Source: Octopus vulgaris | Taxonomy: Eukaryota | NCBI GenBank assembly: GCA_951406725.2 | Contig: OX597818.1 | Span: 112,406,001 to 112,470,000, forward strand | Direction of reading: 5' to 3' | DNA length: 64,000 bases | In this document: positions 27,352-42,083 of the stretch, piece after piece | Position numbering within the stretch: the first letter of the stretch is position 1 | Layout of the letters: each line of letters starts with the position of its first letter | Notes under the pieces: model-generated | Databases searched by the model: none | Seen by the model: the letters and a program-made list of their open reading frames with translations, nothing else | Told to the model about the DNA's origin: nothing | Translations under genes and position numbers: made by a program

Positions 27352-27356
<5 letters not shown>
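27169..27356 (+). mobile_element. RTE-clade LINE 3' end with (CAATA)n tail
   Basis: YICGTCQRECLSRIGLHNHSRKC terminal zinc finger; 3' stem-loop; short-repeat tail. Confidence 0.85.
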
Positions 27357-27386
<30 letters not shown>

Positions 27387-27399
27387 GCGTTTCCAGGCA

Positions 27400-29575
27400 T
27401 CAGTATATGTGGGTGACGATTCTTTGTAAACTATATGAATTTATTCTGTAATGAAGCAGATCATTAAAAACTTCTTTCACTGGATTGAAGATAACAGACT
27501 CTTTGCCACATTGTTCTAAGGCTTATAAAATTGCGTGCTTTTTTACTGTTCTGCAGATTGCGTTTGTAGCATACTCGTTAGCTGGATGATCTTTTTTTCT
27601 GAAAATTCCAGCTTACGCAGATTGTCCAACAGGTATTTACTAACGAAATCTAGTACCGCAATTATTATTGATATAAATATGGATTTGTAGCATGGGTACA
27701 GAGGATGAAAGTTTCGGTGCAGCTGTCCCTATATATCCCTTTACCTTTTGATTTTCAAAGGATATTCTCCTCAACTGGGCAGCTGCCTTCTATGGCAGTA
27801 TATATATAGATATTTCTTTTTTGTGCCAAACTAAGATATCCAGGTTTATTTCTTTGCACCTGGTTGACATTTTGATGGGAATGTTTCACCAAAGTTTTGT
27901 TGATCAATATGGGATATTCTATAACAGGATTTTCTGTATATTTATTCCAAGAGAAACATTTTTTCACAGATGCCATTTGATATTGTGACAACGTTATCGC
28001 GTATATTTTAGTGCTTCTACTAATCGCATACCTGATATCTTCCACAGTAATCGACATTTTCAGTTCTTCTAAAAGGTCTTCAAGAGATCTACTGTTTCGT
28101 TTTGTACAAGGCATTTCATAACGATCACATTCGAGGTATGATCAATAAATATCTGCTGCCATAGTAACGAAGTTAAAACTCGCAGAGCTTGGCACGATTG
28201 ACCTTGAACTCTGTTGTGCATGTGCAATAAGTTTTAACATTGCGTTGTTTACAGCAGCGCTTGTAAAGAATGTGTGTAGCATGTGATCATCGCATTGACC
28301 GTGACAGAGAAAGTTGTCATGGTGACACCTGCGCAGAGGCCAGCGTAAAGTTGCAGAAAGTGTATGGAGAAGAGTGTACAAGCCATACACAGGTGTGTGA
28401 GTAGTTCGGACGTTTCCAAGACGTTTGAAAAACTGTCGATATTGATGAACGTTCTCGGAGACCCGCAACCAGCAAAACTGAGAAAAACATCGCAAATGTG
28501 TTTGCGGCTGTGAGGTGTAATCGTCGAATCACCATCCGTGAGTTCTCAGAGGATGTGCAGATTAGTTACGGTTCATTCAGTTCATTATCAATGCAGTTTC
28601 GATAGGAGACGCGTCTCTGCCAAGTTTGTGTCAAATCTATTTTCAGCTGATCAAAATGACACTCGGGTTTCAGTTGCACAAGATCTCCTTGATTGTGTCG
28701 TGAACGATGAAAACTTTTCGAAAACTTTGCGTAGGCCCATGAGCAATTATAGCCAAGCTTTTGGCAAAAATTGATTCAGATTCTCCGCTCAACGTGTTCA
28801 TGGTCAAAGCGACGATCACGCGCTACACGCCTTCCTTCCAAGCACTACTGTAAACAGGGGAAGTAAGCTAGAACATTAAAACCTAGTGCGCATGCACAGC
28901 AGAATTTACGGTCAATCTGCTCCAAGTGGCCTCACTCTCCCTGCTTTAGTGCCGTTAATATAGAAACAGTCCGGATACTTATTGATCAGCCAACGTACAC
29001 TGTAGACGTAGATATACGAGCTGACGTATCGGTCACGTGTAGAAGAAAGGGTCTCCATGTTGACTTTGGTGTTGTCTTCTCTAAGTCTTCGGGAAACTTA
29101 TGCAGATATAATCCTATATTTTTTTGGGAATGGTGAGTGTTTCATATGCAAGTCTTCGTTGAAATATATTTGTCCAGCTGTTGAACGGGCGAGTAGGGTC
29201 CGCCAGCAAGTCACTACTTCATGTTCGTCTCACGTAGGTTGTTGTTCACTTTTCATGTTTTTAAAGTTTATGCAATGAATACCTTGGAATAATCACTGGT
29301 ACTGCAAATGCATTATGGGATATTGTTTTGTCGTAGGATGAGGAATCCGAACGCCATTTTCCATAAGCCTGGTGTGAAGTTTCAGTCCATTCAATTATTG
29401 TTCATAGCATTTTTGTACGACATATTTGCATCAATGGCTATGGATTCGTAGCATAGTTGAAACATGGGTAATAGAAAAACGATTGATGCATGGATTTCTG
29501 GATTCGGACACTGCTTTTCCGAGGCCTACAAATCGGGTACAAACACTCCTCCTTACGAAAATCCAATTTCTACGT
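27400..29575 (-). mobile_element. Decayed R4/Dong-like (RLE-type) non-LTR element, split by a mariner
   Basis: KTISHNAFAVPVIIP (~29290-29335); NKPG...IEGSCPVEENI (RLE-like, ORF 27755-28114). Confidence 0.65.
28130..28997 (+). mobile_element. Internally deleted mariner element
   Basis: TIRs cgaggtatgatcaataaatatc / gatacttattgatcagccaacg-ta; sub-terminal IRs; HTH remnant DERSRRPATS...NRRITIRE...RRVSAKFV. Confidence 0.85.
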
Positions 29576-30057
29576 TAGTTGGAAATGATACATGTATGTA
29601 TAATAATAATAATAATGAAATTATTGTATATGCACATATGGATGTATATATGCATATATGCACATATGTATGTATACACTACACATAATCATTAGTCTAT
29701 ATGGATATACCATTCACAATAACAAACATCCTTGTATTTTTATTTGCAAATATATTTATATTTACAAGAAATTTCAGTCCTAAAATGGTGGCACCAACAT
29801 TTGGGAATCTGATTCACATTCATGAAAATTTTAACTTCTGTACATTACAATTTGAAAACATTACAATCGTATTAAATACAAAATGCATTGATAAAGAAAG
29901 AATGCCAAACTCAGAGAAGTATGAAAAAGCCTAAATACAATTTCTCAATCCACCAGAATGTCTATCAGGTTAGAAAATATGTAAGCGAATTGTTCGGTGT
30001 ATGCCATTTTAGTTTTTGTTCACCGTTTCCATTGTTTTTACTATTACTAATTGTTGC

Positions 30058-30243
30058 AAGGCGGCGAGCTTCCAGAATCGTTAGCACGATGCGCGAAGTG
30101 CTTAGCGATATGTTCTGAGTTCAAATTCTGCCAAGGTCGACATTGCCTTTCCTCCTAAATTACGTATCAGTTGATCATTGGGGTCGATCGAATTCATGCC
30201 CCCTCCTCTGAGATTGCTGGCTTTGTGCTAAAATTTAAAATCA
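30058..30243 (+). mobile_element. SINE family A (with deletions)
   Basis: aggcggcgagcttccagaatcgttagcacg...gagttcaaattctgccaaggtcgac. Confidence 0.85.
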
Positions 30244-31501
30244 TTATTACTATTTTTTGAAGCTATTGTTGTTCAACAGATTCCACAGATCTGCAATTAA
30301 AATTATTCAAGTTGTTCTCACCCAGTTTTCTAAGCGTATTCAGGGCCACTTTTTCTAATGCTTCGTCTGGCCACCGACTACGTGAGGATTCATTACTTGG
30401 TTGATTAATATGGAGGTTTATTGCTTTGGTTGTTATTTATAAATCGACGCAACGGTTTCTTTGGGTGAATATAGAGAACTATTTTATCTAATGTTTCTTG
30501 CACACATTATCACGGTAAAATATGATCAGTAGGAGATTTGGCCCTTATTTGTAGCAGGTCAAAATAGAAATGGACAAACGTAGATTGAAAGATATGGGTA
30601 TACCCGTACTCATTGTCATACACAGTCGAATTATACTGCCTCTGTGTTATGAAATTAAATAAAAAAATATCTGCAGCTAAAATTCTTTTGGAGTTTATTC
30701 TATATGTATAAATGATATGCTGTGTTGCATGAGATCAGTTATTTCCCTTGTCAAAACATACTTGGCCTTATGGCACTCTGAATATTCATCATTAATATTC
30801 ATAGAATAATTCTATTAAAATGCAGAAATTGTCAGGATAGCTCTAATAATGTATGAAGACTTTTAGCTTTGGTTCTAAACCTTCTGAAGCCAAATAGTTC
30901 TGCAACGAAAATGTTTTTCCCTGGCAGTCGTATAATCCTGTATACATTGTCTTCCTGAAATGATTGGCCAAACACCAACAAAGAAAATGGTAAATATACT
31001 AGATGACTTATCGCATTGATTATATCAGCACTTAGGGCTTTGAGTTAATTGTGATTTGCACTATAAATAGACTGGAATACAAAGGCATTTTAAAATCGTT
31101 ACCAATGCAACATTGATTGCATTTAAAACCAGTGGACGATTCGTGTCATGTTTGACTTCAACTATATTTCAGTGTAAGAATAAAAAGATATCTAATATAA
31201 CTTGTCCCATTACTTCGACGGACATTTTTCTGATGTATGTATGTGTTATTGATGTAATATGAGAAGCATAATACGTGGTACGAACACTAGTAAAATTAAA
31301 TGTTGTCCAGTGCTGTATTCCTGTTATTAATATAATTGTAAAAGAAGATTTCTATACAAATCAAAGGATATTTCATCGGTACCATTGTTGCAAACTATAA
31401 GTTTTAGTCGTTAAATTGTTTTAGATACTAATGAAATATCTTTGAATAAATCAGTATATTATGATGTGAAACCGAAACGTTGTTATACGCACGTATATAA
31501 A

Positions 31502-31596
<95 letters not shown>

Positions 31597-31899
31597 ATGC
31601 GTATGCACTTAGTCAACCCCACACGCGTACGCACATTTTCATGAGATAGTTTTAAAAAAAACATGCTGCATGTAAAACAAGTGCACAATCTCATTTGGAA
31701 ATTATTTGATTATAGGAACATGGGAAATGTGAGTTTTATGTGTAGCTGAGGCAGGGCAAAGTATTGTTATATACACGCTTCGCCAAAAAGATAAAAAAAA
31801 GAACAAACTGGAGAAACGTACTGCGGAATAGATGCCTGTAAACGTGTACGAACAACAGAGACGTAAGCACGTGATGGCGTTTCATAACCTTTCGCTTTG

Positions 31900-31927
31900 G
31901 ATATATGTATGCGTGCATCTATTTATA

Positions 31928-32007
<80 letters not shown>

Positions 32008-32151
32008 TGTGTGCGTGTGTATGTGTTTGTGTATTTGTGCATGCGTGTGTATATATATACGGAGAGCGATAAAGACAGACATATACGTATACATACATGT
32101 AAATATATATACATATATTTACACATGCAAATATATTTGTACGTGTGTGTA

Positions 32152-32190
<39 letters not shown>

Positions 32191-32297
32191 TATATGTATA
32201 CATACATACGTATATATATATATATATAATATATGTATATATATATATATGTATCTATAAATATATGTATATATATATATATATATATAAATATATG

Positions 32298-32332
<35 letters not shown>

Positions 32333-32500
32333 CTATACATATTCATATATATATAAATAAATAGATTGATACACATATATGCATTCATGTATATGCATGT
32401 GTGTATAGTGTGTATATATATATATATATAGAAAGAGAGAGAGAGAGAGAAAGGTATAGATAATTATGTAGATAGATAAGTATATATATTTATTTATTTA
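31900..32500. repeat. Compound (TA)n/(TG)n/(GA)n microsatellite field
   Basis: Direct read. Confidence 0.9.
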
Positions 32501-32614
32501 TGTAGGTCTTTGTGTAGAGCGAGGGGACAAACAAAAGAAAGATGCTCTCAACACATGTATTCAGAGTTAAATATATATTACTTAAAACAGCCCGATTTGG
32601 CCTCGTGCGCCCTC

Positions 32615-32710
32615 AAGTTTCGTAGCCTTGTCACAGGAACCAAGCACATCAGTTCCTAACGTCTGTCTGAGCTCCACAAAATAGCTTTCTGTGACGAGAC
32701 TACGAAACTT
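32615..32710. repeat. Small inverted repeat (~24 bp arms)
   Basis: aagtttcgtagccttgtcacag vs ctgtgacgagactacgaaactt. Confidence 0.8.
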
Positions 32711-32756
32711 CTAGTTGCTTGGAGCAGAACCAAACACATTTAAGGAATAAAACATA

Positions 32757-32970
32757 ATGCAAGCTGGCAGAATCGTCAGTGCGCGGGGCAAAATAATTAG
32801 TGCTAGTTTGTTATACTTTACTTTCTGAGTTCAAATGTTACTGAGATGGCCTTTACTTTTCATCCTTTCGGGGTCGATAAAATAAGTAGAAGTTGAATAT
32901 TGTAGTCGATTTAATCGACCTACCGCTCTCCTGAAATTGCTGGCCACATATCAAAATTTGAAACCAATAT
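32757..32970 (+). mobile_element. SINE family A
   Basis: gctggcagaatcgtcag...catcctttcggggtcgataaaataagta. Confidence 0.85.
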
Positions 32971-32975
32971 TTCAA

Positions 32976-33205
<230 letters not shown>

Positions 33206-34323
33206 AGCGCAATGCATTCGTGTTGTATGATTTGGCCAGTGTCTTTCTGTGAGAGAGTGTACCACCGTGACTGCGTATTGCTACATATGGTCAAATAATT
33301 AAACACTTGGCATATACGTGCACACGTACCTACTTCTAAATTATGTACATTTGTATTTGGAAACAGATCGGCGAATGGAGTTCTTTCTGTAGTAGTGTCT
33401 ACAGCTTCTACCTGTCTAGAAAACATTGTCTACGATATTTCAACCCAAACTGAGCATTATGAATGCTACATGCTCCATCCTGCTGAAAGCTAATCAAATA
33501 TATTACGATACAAGAATATACACCGTTGGTTTAACATGGACATTATGGTAGTATACAAGTAGTAACACGGGATATTTACAGCAAAGTGAATTGATCGATA
33601 GTGGCAGCTGATCCTCGAATTTCATTTGCTGGTGTTTATTCCAATGTTCAAAGAAAACTACCTTATTATTTCATGTCATTTCAACTTGTTGAAATATTAT
33701 TACAATTGAAGAATTGCACGAGGATTGTTATTCAAAGTGTGAACATGTTTAAAAATACATTTCTGTTTTAGACAAGATGGAGACGTAACGATAAACTATC
33801 TTGTCAACATAACATTACTACACACTTGCAGCATGTACGTGATGAGATTGTTTCTTCAAATTTAGAGTAAAATAGAATTCAATGTGAAATTCTGTGAACG
33901 GCGTGATTAGATTTCATTTCCCATATGGCGCCATTTTACATCATTCCCTCGATTTACACTGGTAATATTTGGAAATGGTTGCAATGCAGGATTGGAATTT
34001 TGTGTCTAATAATCAACATACAGGATTATATTTTAAGAGAAATACAAATATATTTTCTTCTTGTCTACTTTCCCCAGGACATTGATAGCAAATTTGAGAT
34101 AAATAATTGCAAACGACTTTAAGGAATATTTTACTTTTCTTATTGACAGCATCTCTACATTTGCGCCTTTATGTCACGATAGAATGACTTGTGATTCTGT
34201 TTATACTAATAACTACAGTAAACCAGCGGGCCGCATAACTTAATCTCACGAGTCATTTCCTCTTCAGAAGACATTAGTGGATAAAATTCGAATTATGAAA
34301 TAGAAGCTGTCATGGAATAACAT

Positions 34324-34324
34324 C

Positions 34325-34404
<80 letters not shown>
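34324..34404. repeat. (CTAT)n microsatellite
   Basis: Direct read. Confidence 0.95.
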
Positions 34405-34405
<1 letters not shown>

Positions 34406-34569
34406 GTATCAACGTCTGTATATATCTATCCGCCTGTCTCTATACATACATACACACACAAATACGTATGTGTGTATGTGTGTGTATATATATATGTATA
34501 TATGTATATATATATATATGTATGTATGTATCTATTTATATATAGAGAGAGAGACATACACCCATCCCC

Positions 34570-34635
<66 letters not shown>

Positions 34636-34768
34636 ATACTTAAGATAAGTTTATATTTGAAAACCTAGAAGTTGCAATATTTCGTCAAAGAAATTTCCTT
34701 TTATAGACGTATTGTATTAAACATACACATACACACCACACACGCGCATTCACACACACACGCACACA

Positions 34769-34815
<47 letters not shown>

Positions 34816-35616
34816 GAAATCCTTAGAGCAAGGGATGCCTATAACTCCCTAACTGAAGCTTATCAGCGTCGACTATTCCTGTCACATTCAAAACGAGATT
34901 GAATCAGTCAGTTTGAAGTATACTGAGACAGCGTATACGCAATAGACTGCTTTGAACGAAAGTTAAATGAATTTCGACGAGTAAAATCTTTATTTATATA
35001 AAATTTGTAAGGTAAGCGTATCGTTAAACATTGTTTGTATTGCATAATTTGAATTTTATTCAGCCTTTGCAGCGTCACTGGATTTTACATATTACCTGAC
35101 AAGTGCAGCAACGGCCCAATTGGAAGCTGTCAGAACCCTGCGATCCTTTCTAGAACAGACTTATTTTGCCTATTCTGTTGTGTTTGGCACCAGAATGTGT
35201 TTATGAAAAATGGAATTTAATTGGGGGAAAAATACTGGAGTGGCTGGCTTTTCAGCGGCACATTAAAAATCTTTGTTAGAGAAATACATTTGAATAATGA
35301 TTTTATTCCTATCAAGTAATATGGCTTGCATGGAAGCCATATACATATTGCAAAGCGATGCCTAAGTAGGAACGTAAACAAAGCACGTCAGAACGTAACA
35401 TGGAAACCTAACAGAAAAGTGTTTAACCATAAGAAAGAAATCAGAACAGTACTGCAAAGGTAGAAGCCCAACGGTCGAAATATGATGGCGGCAAAAATAT
35501 ATAAATTCCACCGTTATTTACGAAACAGCAGAAGCACCAATTAAACAATAATTCCTCGCCATATCGTGGTTCACCTTTTGCGGTTTATTATTTAAGATTA
35601 CGTCCCTTCCTCCGTG

Positions 35617-35932
35617 TTGTTGTTTAGTGGTTAGAGCATTCGACTGACGATTGTAAGGTCGTGAGTTCGATTCCCGGCGATGTGTTGTGTCCTTGAGCAA
35701 GACATTTTAATTCACGTTGCTCCAGTTCACTCAGCTGGCAAAAATGATTTCTACCTGTACTTCAAAGGGCCGGCCTTGTCACACTCTGTGTCACGCTGAA
35801 TCTCCCTGAGAATTACGTTAGGGGTACGCGTGTCTGTGGATTGCTCAGTCACTTGCACGTTAATTTCACGAGCAAGCTGTTCCGTTGATCGTATCAGCTG
35901 GAACCCTCATCGTCGTAATCGACGGAGTGCTC
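35617..35932 (+). mobile_element. tRNA/CORE-like SINE family C, full length
   Basis: A box tagtggttagagc, B box gagttcgattccc, CORE-like tgtgtccttgagcaagac, tail cctcatcgtcgtaatcgacggagtgc. Confidence 0.9.
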
Positions 35933-35959
35933 CTATAATAAATATATATATAAACTGTA

Positions 35960-36065
35960 AAATAATTTTAAAAATATACAGCACGGTACGGTTTCTACTT
36001 CGCGGAGCTTCACTTATCGCTGGACCTTTTGGAATGTAACACCCGCGATAGTTGAGGGATTACTG
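35960..36065. mobile_element. pogo/Tigger-like terminal fragment
   Basis: End ccgcgatagttgagggattactg-TA (reverse complement cagtaatccctc...). Confidence 0.55.
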
Positions 36066-37451
36066 TATTCAGTGCTTGAAAAAGAGACTGTGAACGTTGA
36101 ATATGATCTTTAGGAATTTTCTTTTGTAAAATTAGCTATAAAATTAATAATATTCGAAAAATAAACGACACGGTCGTGTATTGAAATAGGCAAACACAAG
36201 CCCCCACCCACACAAGCCCCCCCATACGCGTACGCTCAGACACACACGAGCGCATACACACATGCACACCTGCGTGCGTGTATGCATGTGTGTACAAGCA
36301 TGTATAAATGAATTGAAATTGTTCATTTTTATTCGGTCTTGCAGTCAGCAGTTGTGTCTAAACTATTCGATATAGAAATAAATTTATTTGATTAAAACAA
36401 ACAAAATTGATTTTTCAGCAACAAATTTAAAAACTCTTTTCGGATAAATACGTGTCTTTAATTTTCATGATGCTGTATAATTCCTGTTCAATCTGACCGT
36501 ACACTTACCACACTGAATACGTTCAGGCACTAATGAGCTAGTAATAAATTAAAACACAATCGAACACTAGGCTGTCGCAACTCGATTTATATTAGAAAAC
36601 TTCATACGGAAACATTCCTAAACACATCTTGTGTCATTGGGGTTCGGCTCAGCAGGCTGCACGATATTATTTTAGCATGACGTTATACAATAACTTACAG
36701 CTCCAGTGCACAGGGTCTTTTGAAAAATAATATTAAAAAAAACTCAAATATTCGCGCAAATATTGGAATTGCGATTTTACAAATGAATTTAAACATGCTT
36801 TCTGAACTCAAGTTATTTTTAATTGTGGATGTGTTAAGCGTTGCATGGAAATGCCATTGAACTCTCGGGCAGAACAGAATTGCTAATATTTGTTACTACT
36901 GGCAATATTACAAGAAAAACACGAGAAAAAATAATTCATGTAAACACAAATAATGCGATAAATTAGATCCATGAAAATCAACAACAATAATATCAACAAC
37001 ATTAATAGCAAAAATAGAAATGAAAATATTATATTGGGTTTGCATAGTGCAGAGAAAGTGATTGCTAACAGGTAACAATTTAGGAAAGGTGTTTGATTTT
37101 TTTTTTCTGTTTTCAAATAAATGCCAGAAATAATATCCAGAAAAAAACAGCAAAGCGTTCAAAGAAAAAATAAATCAATTGATTTTTTTTTGGTCACAGA
37201 CGAATAAATCATAGCTATTTGAAAACAGTGCAGATAGAACGGTGTGTATTGGATAATTCTTTCAATATATTTATATATAAATACATTTAAGCATGTATAC
37301 ATATAATTTTGTATGTAAGAATGCGTGTGTATATGTATATATGCATAAGTTTATATGTAAATGAGATTTAATAAATTTATATATTTAAATGCGTATGCAC
37401 ATGTTAATATACAATGCAAGCACCTGCACATGTACATCTCTATATACACAC

Positions 37452-37509
<58 letters not shown>

Positions 37510-39129
37510 ATGTGAAATGAGAAGAGAGCGGAAAAGAAAGAGGGGAGAGAAAAGAAAAAAATACGAGTTAGAGAAAGAGAAAGAGGAAGAGAGGAGAAAT
37601 GGGGTGGGTGAGAAGGAAAGTGGGTGATAGAGTTGGCGTCTGTAAGAAACAGATGACGATGAAAAGTTTTGTATAATATACGTCCATTTATACAGGCATT
37701 TATACATAATTACATGTCCGTCCATCCGTATACACACTTATGCGTCAACACAACCCTATGCATAGAGAAACGTACACACATAACATACAGCACACAGAAA
37801 CAAACAAACATTAATATTTCTATAAACATATAAAGACATTTACGAGCACATATTTGTATATGAATTTCAAAACTATACGTGTAGGTTACATTAGTGAACA
37901 TTTAGTTAAAATTACTTCACATAAAACTGTGTTAAAAAATACCATCTCCACAGTCAATCAAAACTATTCCGATACATTCTAACGAATAAAGAAATGGAGT
38001 CATTTGAAGTAGTTTGCTAGCAAAACGTTAATATGTATGAGATAAACAGCAAGAAACAATAAAACATATTGTCTCTTTGTTGACTCAAAAGAAATATTGC
38101 CTAAATAATGGCTTCGGCTTGCTCTTTTCATTCGCTGCTATTTCTCAAACATTAATAAAGACATTTGAAATAGTTTTAGGTGTGTTACACTTACATCAAT
38201 AATATTTTATTAAACGAAAGTTTTCTAATAAACTACCGAAACATTTTCTAATATTCTCTCTCGAGTTGAAAGGTACTCGCTGAATTCGTTATTGTCTTTT
38301 TGCTAAAGCCATGTATTTATTAACGTTTATTTTGTATTGTACACTGTGTACGTGGAAGCGTTTTATAGTTGTATATATACATATATGATATACACTGCTT
38401 TGCCATACGCATTCGTACAGGCACACGTACGGACACACAAAGGCATTGTTGTAAGCAAACTCACACACACACAAACACACACACATGCACACACATACAC
38501 ACACATGCACACACATGTATATAGGCGATAGAATAACTTTGGTTCGTAGTCTGTTGAGCATTAAATATTTTCTACAATTACTGATGAGACATGTAAGGGA
38601 CAAATACGTCCATTTAATTATATACCGCGCTAGTAGCTTAAATATATTGACTGCATAAAATAAGCTTTAGACTAATTAAATGAAATTCAATACGACTTTT
38701 CTTATGAGTTGTCAATAAATCGTGGAACGGTCTGTGAGGATGGTCTGCCATCTCGTGCTTTCCTCTGGTCGAAAGCAAAGCAGAAAGGCTTTAGTTATCT
38801 TATTGTTGATTAACACTGCTGATGCTTCCTAATACTTAAATATATTACTGTGATTTGGACTCACGTAGGGTTGTGTGGGCATAAGCGTATACATGTATAC
38901 TCAAGCACAATACACGCACACCTACATAGAGGAATAGTTTCAGATAAACACGACTGGCCTTCATATTTATTAAAACACACACACTCGCGCGCATACACAC
39001 ACACTCTGATAGATAGACAGATAGATAGATACAAAAAGAACTAAATATATTCAGAAGATAAACACATATGTACAAGCATAGATATATTTATTTATATCGA
39101 CAAATAAATTTACCTTTATATAGAGTATA

Positions 39130-39385
39130 AAAAATACAGAAAACTAAGGAGGGAATGCACAATTTTTAATTCAGCAGCTGTTTCACGGTGCTCGGACTAA
39201 TGTAATAGCTACAATGATGAAAAATAGCAGGTGGAACGTGCAAGAAGTCATGAATATACAATTAGTTGGTGTATTACCGTAACAGCGGCCTCCTTTGTTA
39301 GGAGGGAAAACTGGCAAATAGGTATGTGCGTCTTCGTCTTTTGTTTTGTTTTGTTTTTTGTTTGTTTGTAAATTCTCACTATAAT
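39130..39385 (+). mobile_element. Penelope-like terminal fragment
   Basis: gtcttcgtcttttg...tgtaaattctcact is the reverse complement of the 14218-14250 motif. Confidence 0.45.
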
Positions 39386-39933
39386 AAATTATAGAAGGTC
39401 GTGGAGGGAAACAGAAACTATAGGAAAACTCACAAGTAACTATATATTTTAAATCAACGTTTAACGTTGCTTTTTCGGGTGTGTATCCCTTTCTTTGTTT
39501 CTCATTTTGTTTCTATTCTCTCCGCTGTAGGAAACTCCACGACTTTTACTGTCAGAAATCAAACTTCTGCTTGCATATCGGTATTGTCTACATCAGATCA
39601 CATGTCATATCCTTTTATCCACACCATATAAAAGTTGCACATATTGCCAAGGAAAAAGAGGAAGACTACTCAAGGTTAACTATCGATGGCAGTGCCTGTA
39701 ACTATCAGCATTCTGTTGCACTCTCCCATTGCTGCCGCACGAAAATATACGTCGGTGTAAATCTTGTTATTCTAGATTTCATGTTTTTCGCCTCGTGTAC
39801 TGAAAGCAAATACTAGTATCAGCTAATTCCATTCTGTCGAAGGTAGTGTAACTTTTGTCGTATATTTTATGAATATTTCTAATATTTTGCTCTCTTTGTA
39901 TCAGCGTCAAAGGATTTAAGCTGTCATTGATAC

Positions 39934-40282
39934 GTGGCACTCCGTCGGTTACGACGACGAGGGTTTCAGTTGATTTGATCAACGGAACAGCCTCCACAAA
40001 CACGTGTACCCTTAACATATTTCTCGGGGGAGATTCAGCGTGACACAGAGTGTAACAAGGCAACCCTTTGAAATACAGATACAACAAAAACAGGAAGAAA
40101 GAGTGAGAGAAAGCTGTAGTGAAAGGGTACTGCCTGATTCGCCGCCACCCCCTGCCGGAGTCTCATGAAGCTTTATGTGTTTTCGCTCAATAATCACTCA
40201 GAACTCCCGGTCTGGGAATCAAATACGGCGATCGTACGACCGCGAGTCTGTTGCCCTAACCACTGTGTCATTTTGCCTCCAC
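39934..40282 (-). mobile_element. SINE with family-C tail and a different body
   Basis: 39934-40080 matches 35752-35931; 40085-40200 does not; tRNA-like head 40200-40282. Confidence 0.8.
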
Positions 40283-40629
40283 TGTCATTGATAAATACAT
40301 ATAAACTAACTAATCATTGGAAGCAGTTTGATGTACTTGCACCGTAGAACCGAAATAAGTTATTACATTTGAGCTTTCATTCAGAAATGAAGCCACATAA
40401 TTCAATTCTGTATGAATGTCTCATTATAGAAAAATTCATTTAAATGGTTTTGCTTCTCCAAGTAAAGATTAGGTGTCGCCTATTTATCTGGATTTATCTA
40501 AAGCCAGTTAAAGAAACATGTGCCATAAATATAGGTAAGTCTATATAAATATACATATAACACTACCTTGATTGGAGTACCATATATTCACCTAGGGAAG
40601 CCGATCGTGTATATAGGAGTCAGCCAAAG

Positions 40630-41081
40630 CAGGAGTGAGAGAGGGAAACAGAGAAACTGAAAGAGAGAGGGGGTAGAAAGCGAGGTGAATAAAGAGAGAG
40701 AGAGAGAAAAATAAGAGAGCGAGAGAGGAAAATAAAGAAGGAAGTAATGAGAGAGAGAGGGAAATAGGGAGACTGAAAGAGATAGAGGGAATACAGAGAG
40801 AGGGGAAGTGACGAGAGAAAGAGAGAAATAAAGAGAGAAAGAAGGAGAGGGAAATAAAGAAGCGTGAGAGGGGGAAATAAAGGGAGAGAGGTGGAGAAGG
40901 AAATAAAGAGAGAGAGAGAAATAAAGAGTGAGAGAGAAATAAAGAGAGCGAGAGAGGGGAAAAGAAAGTGAGGGAGAGGGATAGGGAAATAATAAAGAGT
41001 GCGAGACAGAGAAATAATGTGAGAGGCAGGGAGAGGGAAATAAAGAGAGAGATAAGGGTAAATAAATAGAGAAAGAGAAAT

Positions 41082-41115
<34 letters not shown>
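40630..41115 (+). repeat. Degenerate purine-rich minisatellite (gaaataaagagag-like units)
   Basis: More than 10 imperfect gaaataaag units within GA-rich DNA. Confidence 0.85.
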
Positions 41116-41341
41116 GGTGGCAGAAAGAAAGAGGGACTGAGTTGAAGTGTGTTTTGTTTGAGTGTAAGTATGTGTGTATATTCGTGTGTATTTATGTGTG
41201 CGTGTATATATGTGTATCTGTAAGTGTTAGTGTGTATTTATATAGAAAGAATTCTTTAATAAAATAACAAACTTCAACAGATAAATTAAACAGAGAATTT
41301 TTTGTTTTTTAAATCATCAAAATTTCGATTTTCATTTTCAC

Positions 41342-41413
41342 CACATATTAGTCTTGCAGTATCTGAGAAGACTTTGGGATTTGAACATTTCATCACATCT
41401 CCATCTTGCAGAA
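41342..41413 (-). other. Candidate 72-nt exon
   Basis: Long T-rich tract ending ttgcag acceptor at 41415-41414; open frame LQDGDVMKCSNPKVFSDTARLIC; weak donor G|GTGAAA. Confidence 0.25.
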
Positions 41414-41962
41414 CTGCAACAAAAAAAGAAAAAAAACAAAAACAAAAAATAAACAACAAAAACCAAATATTCTTTAACACTTTCGGTGTATAACTTGATC
41501 ATCAATTTTATTTCACTTATCCCTTTCTGTTTACAGACGTGTATCAATTTTATTTGATGTGCTACAAAAACAAAAATAATCGAACGCAAACAAAACATTG
41601 AGACAACGTCATCAATTTCAATATTAGCGGATAAAATAACATTAAACGAAATATAACTATAACATCGTTTAGCCATTGTGCTGACAATCTACAAGATAAC
41701 TTGTTTCGCAACGATAATAACATTTGCGATTACAAGCGCTCTTCTGAGACCTTGGCACCTTTTATCTATCACTGATATCTCATGTTTCAAAGTTATCTCG
41801 AAATGAGAATCCGATATGCAAACTCTTTAATTTATACAATATTTTTGTCTTGTATTTAATCGTTTTCGATAATATTATTTGGGAATAACCTGTGGTAATT
41901 CGAAACATTTGAAATTCAGCAACAAAAACACGCACTCACAAGGGAAGTTCACCCACACGCAG

Positions 41963-41996
<34 letters not shown>

Positions 41997-42007
41997 ACCC
42001 ACACACC

Positions 42008-42038
<31 letters not shown>

Positions 42039-42045
42039 CAGTATA

Positions 42046-42083
<38 letters not shown>

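Noticed and set aside
35617-35680. tRNA gene
   Set aside because: A/B boxes belong to a SINE head; no complete cloverleaf
38581-38612. CTGATGAG...CAAATACGTC
   Set aside because: Lacks GAAA and stems
40630-41115. CRISPR-like repeat-spacer array
   Set aside because: Low-complexity irregular units, eukaryotic context, no cas genes
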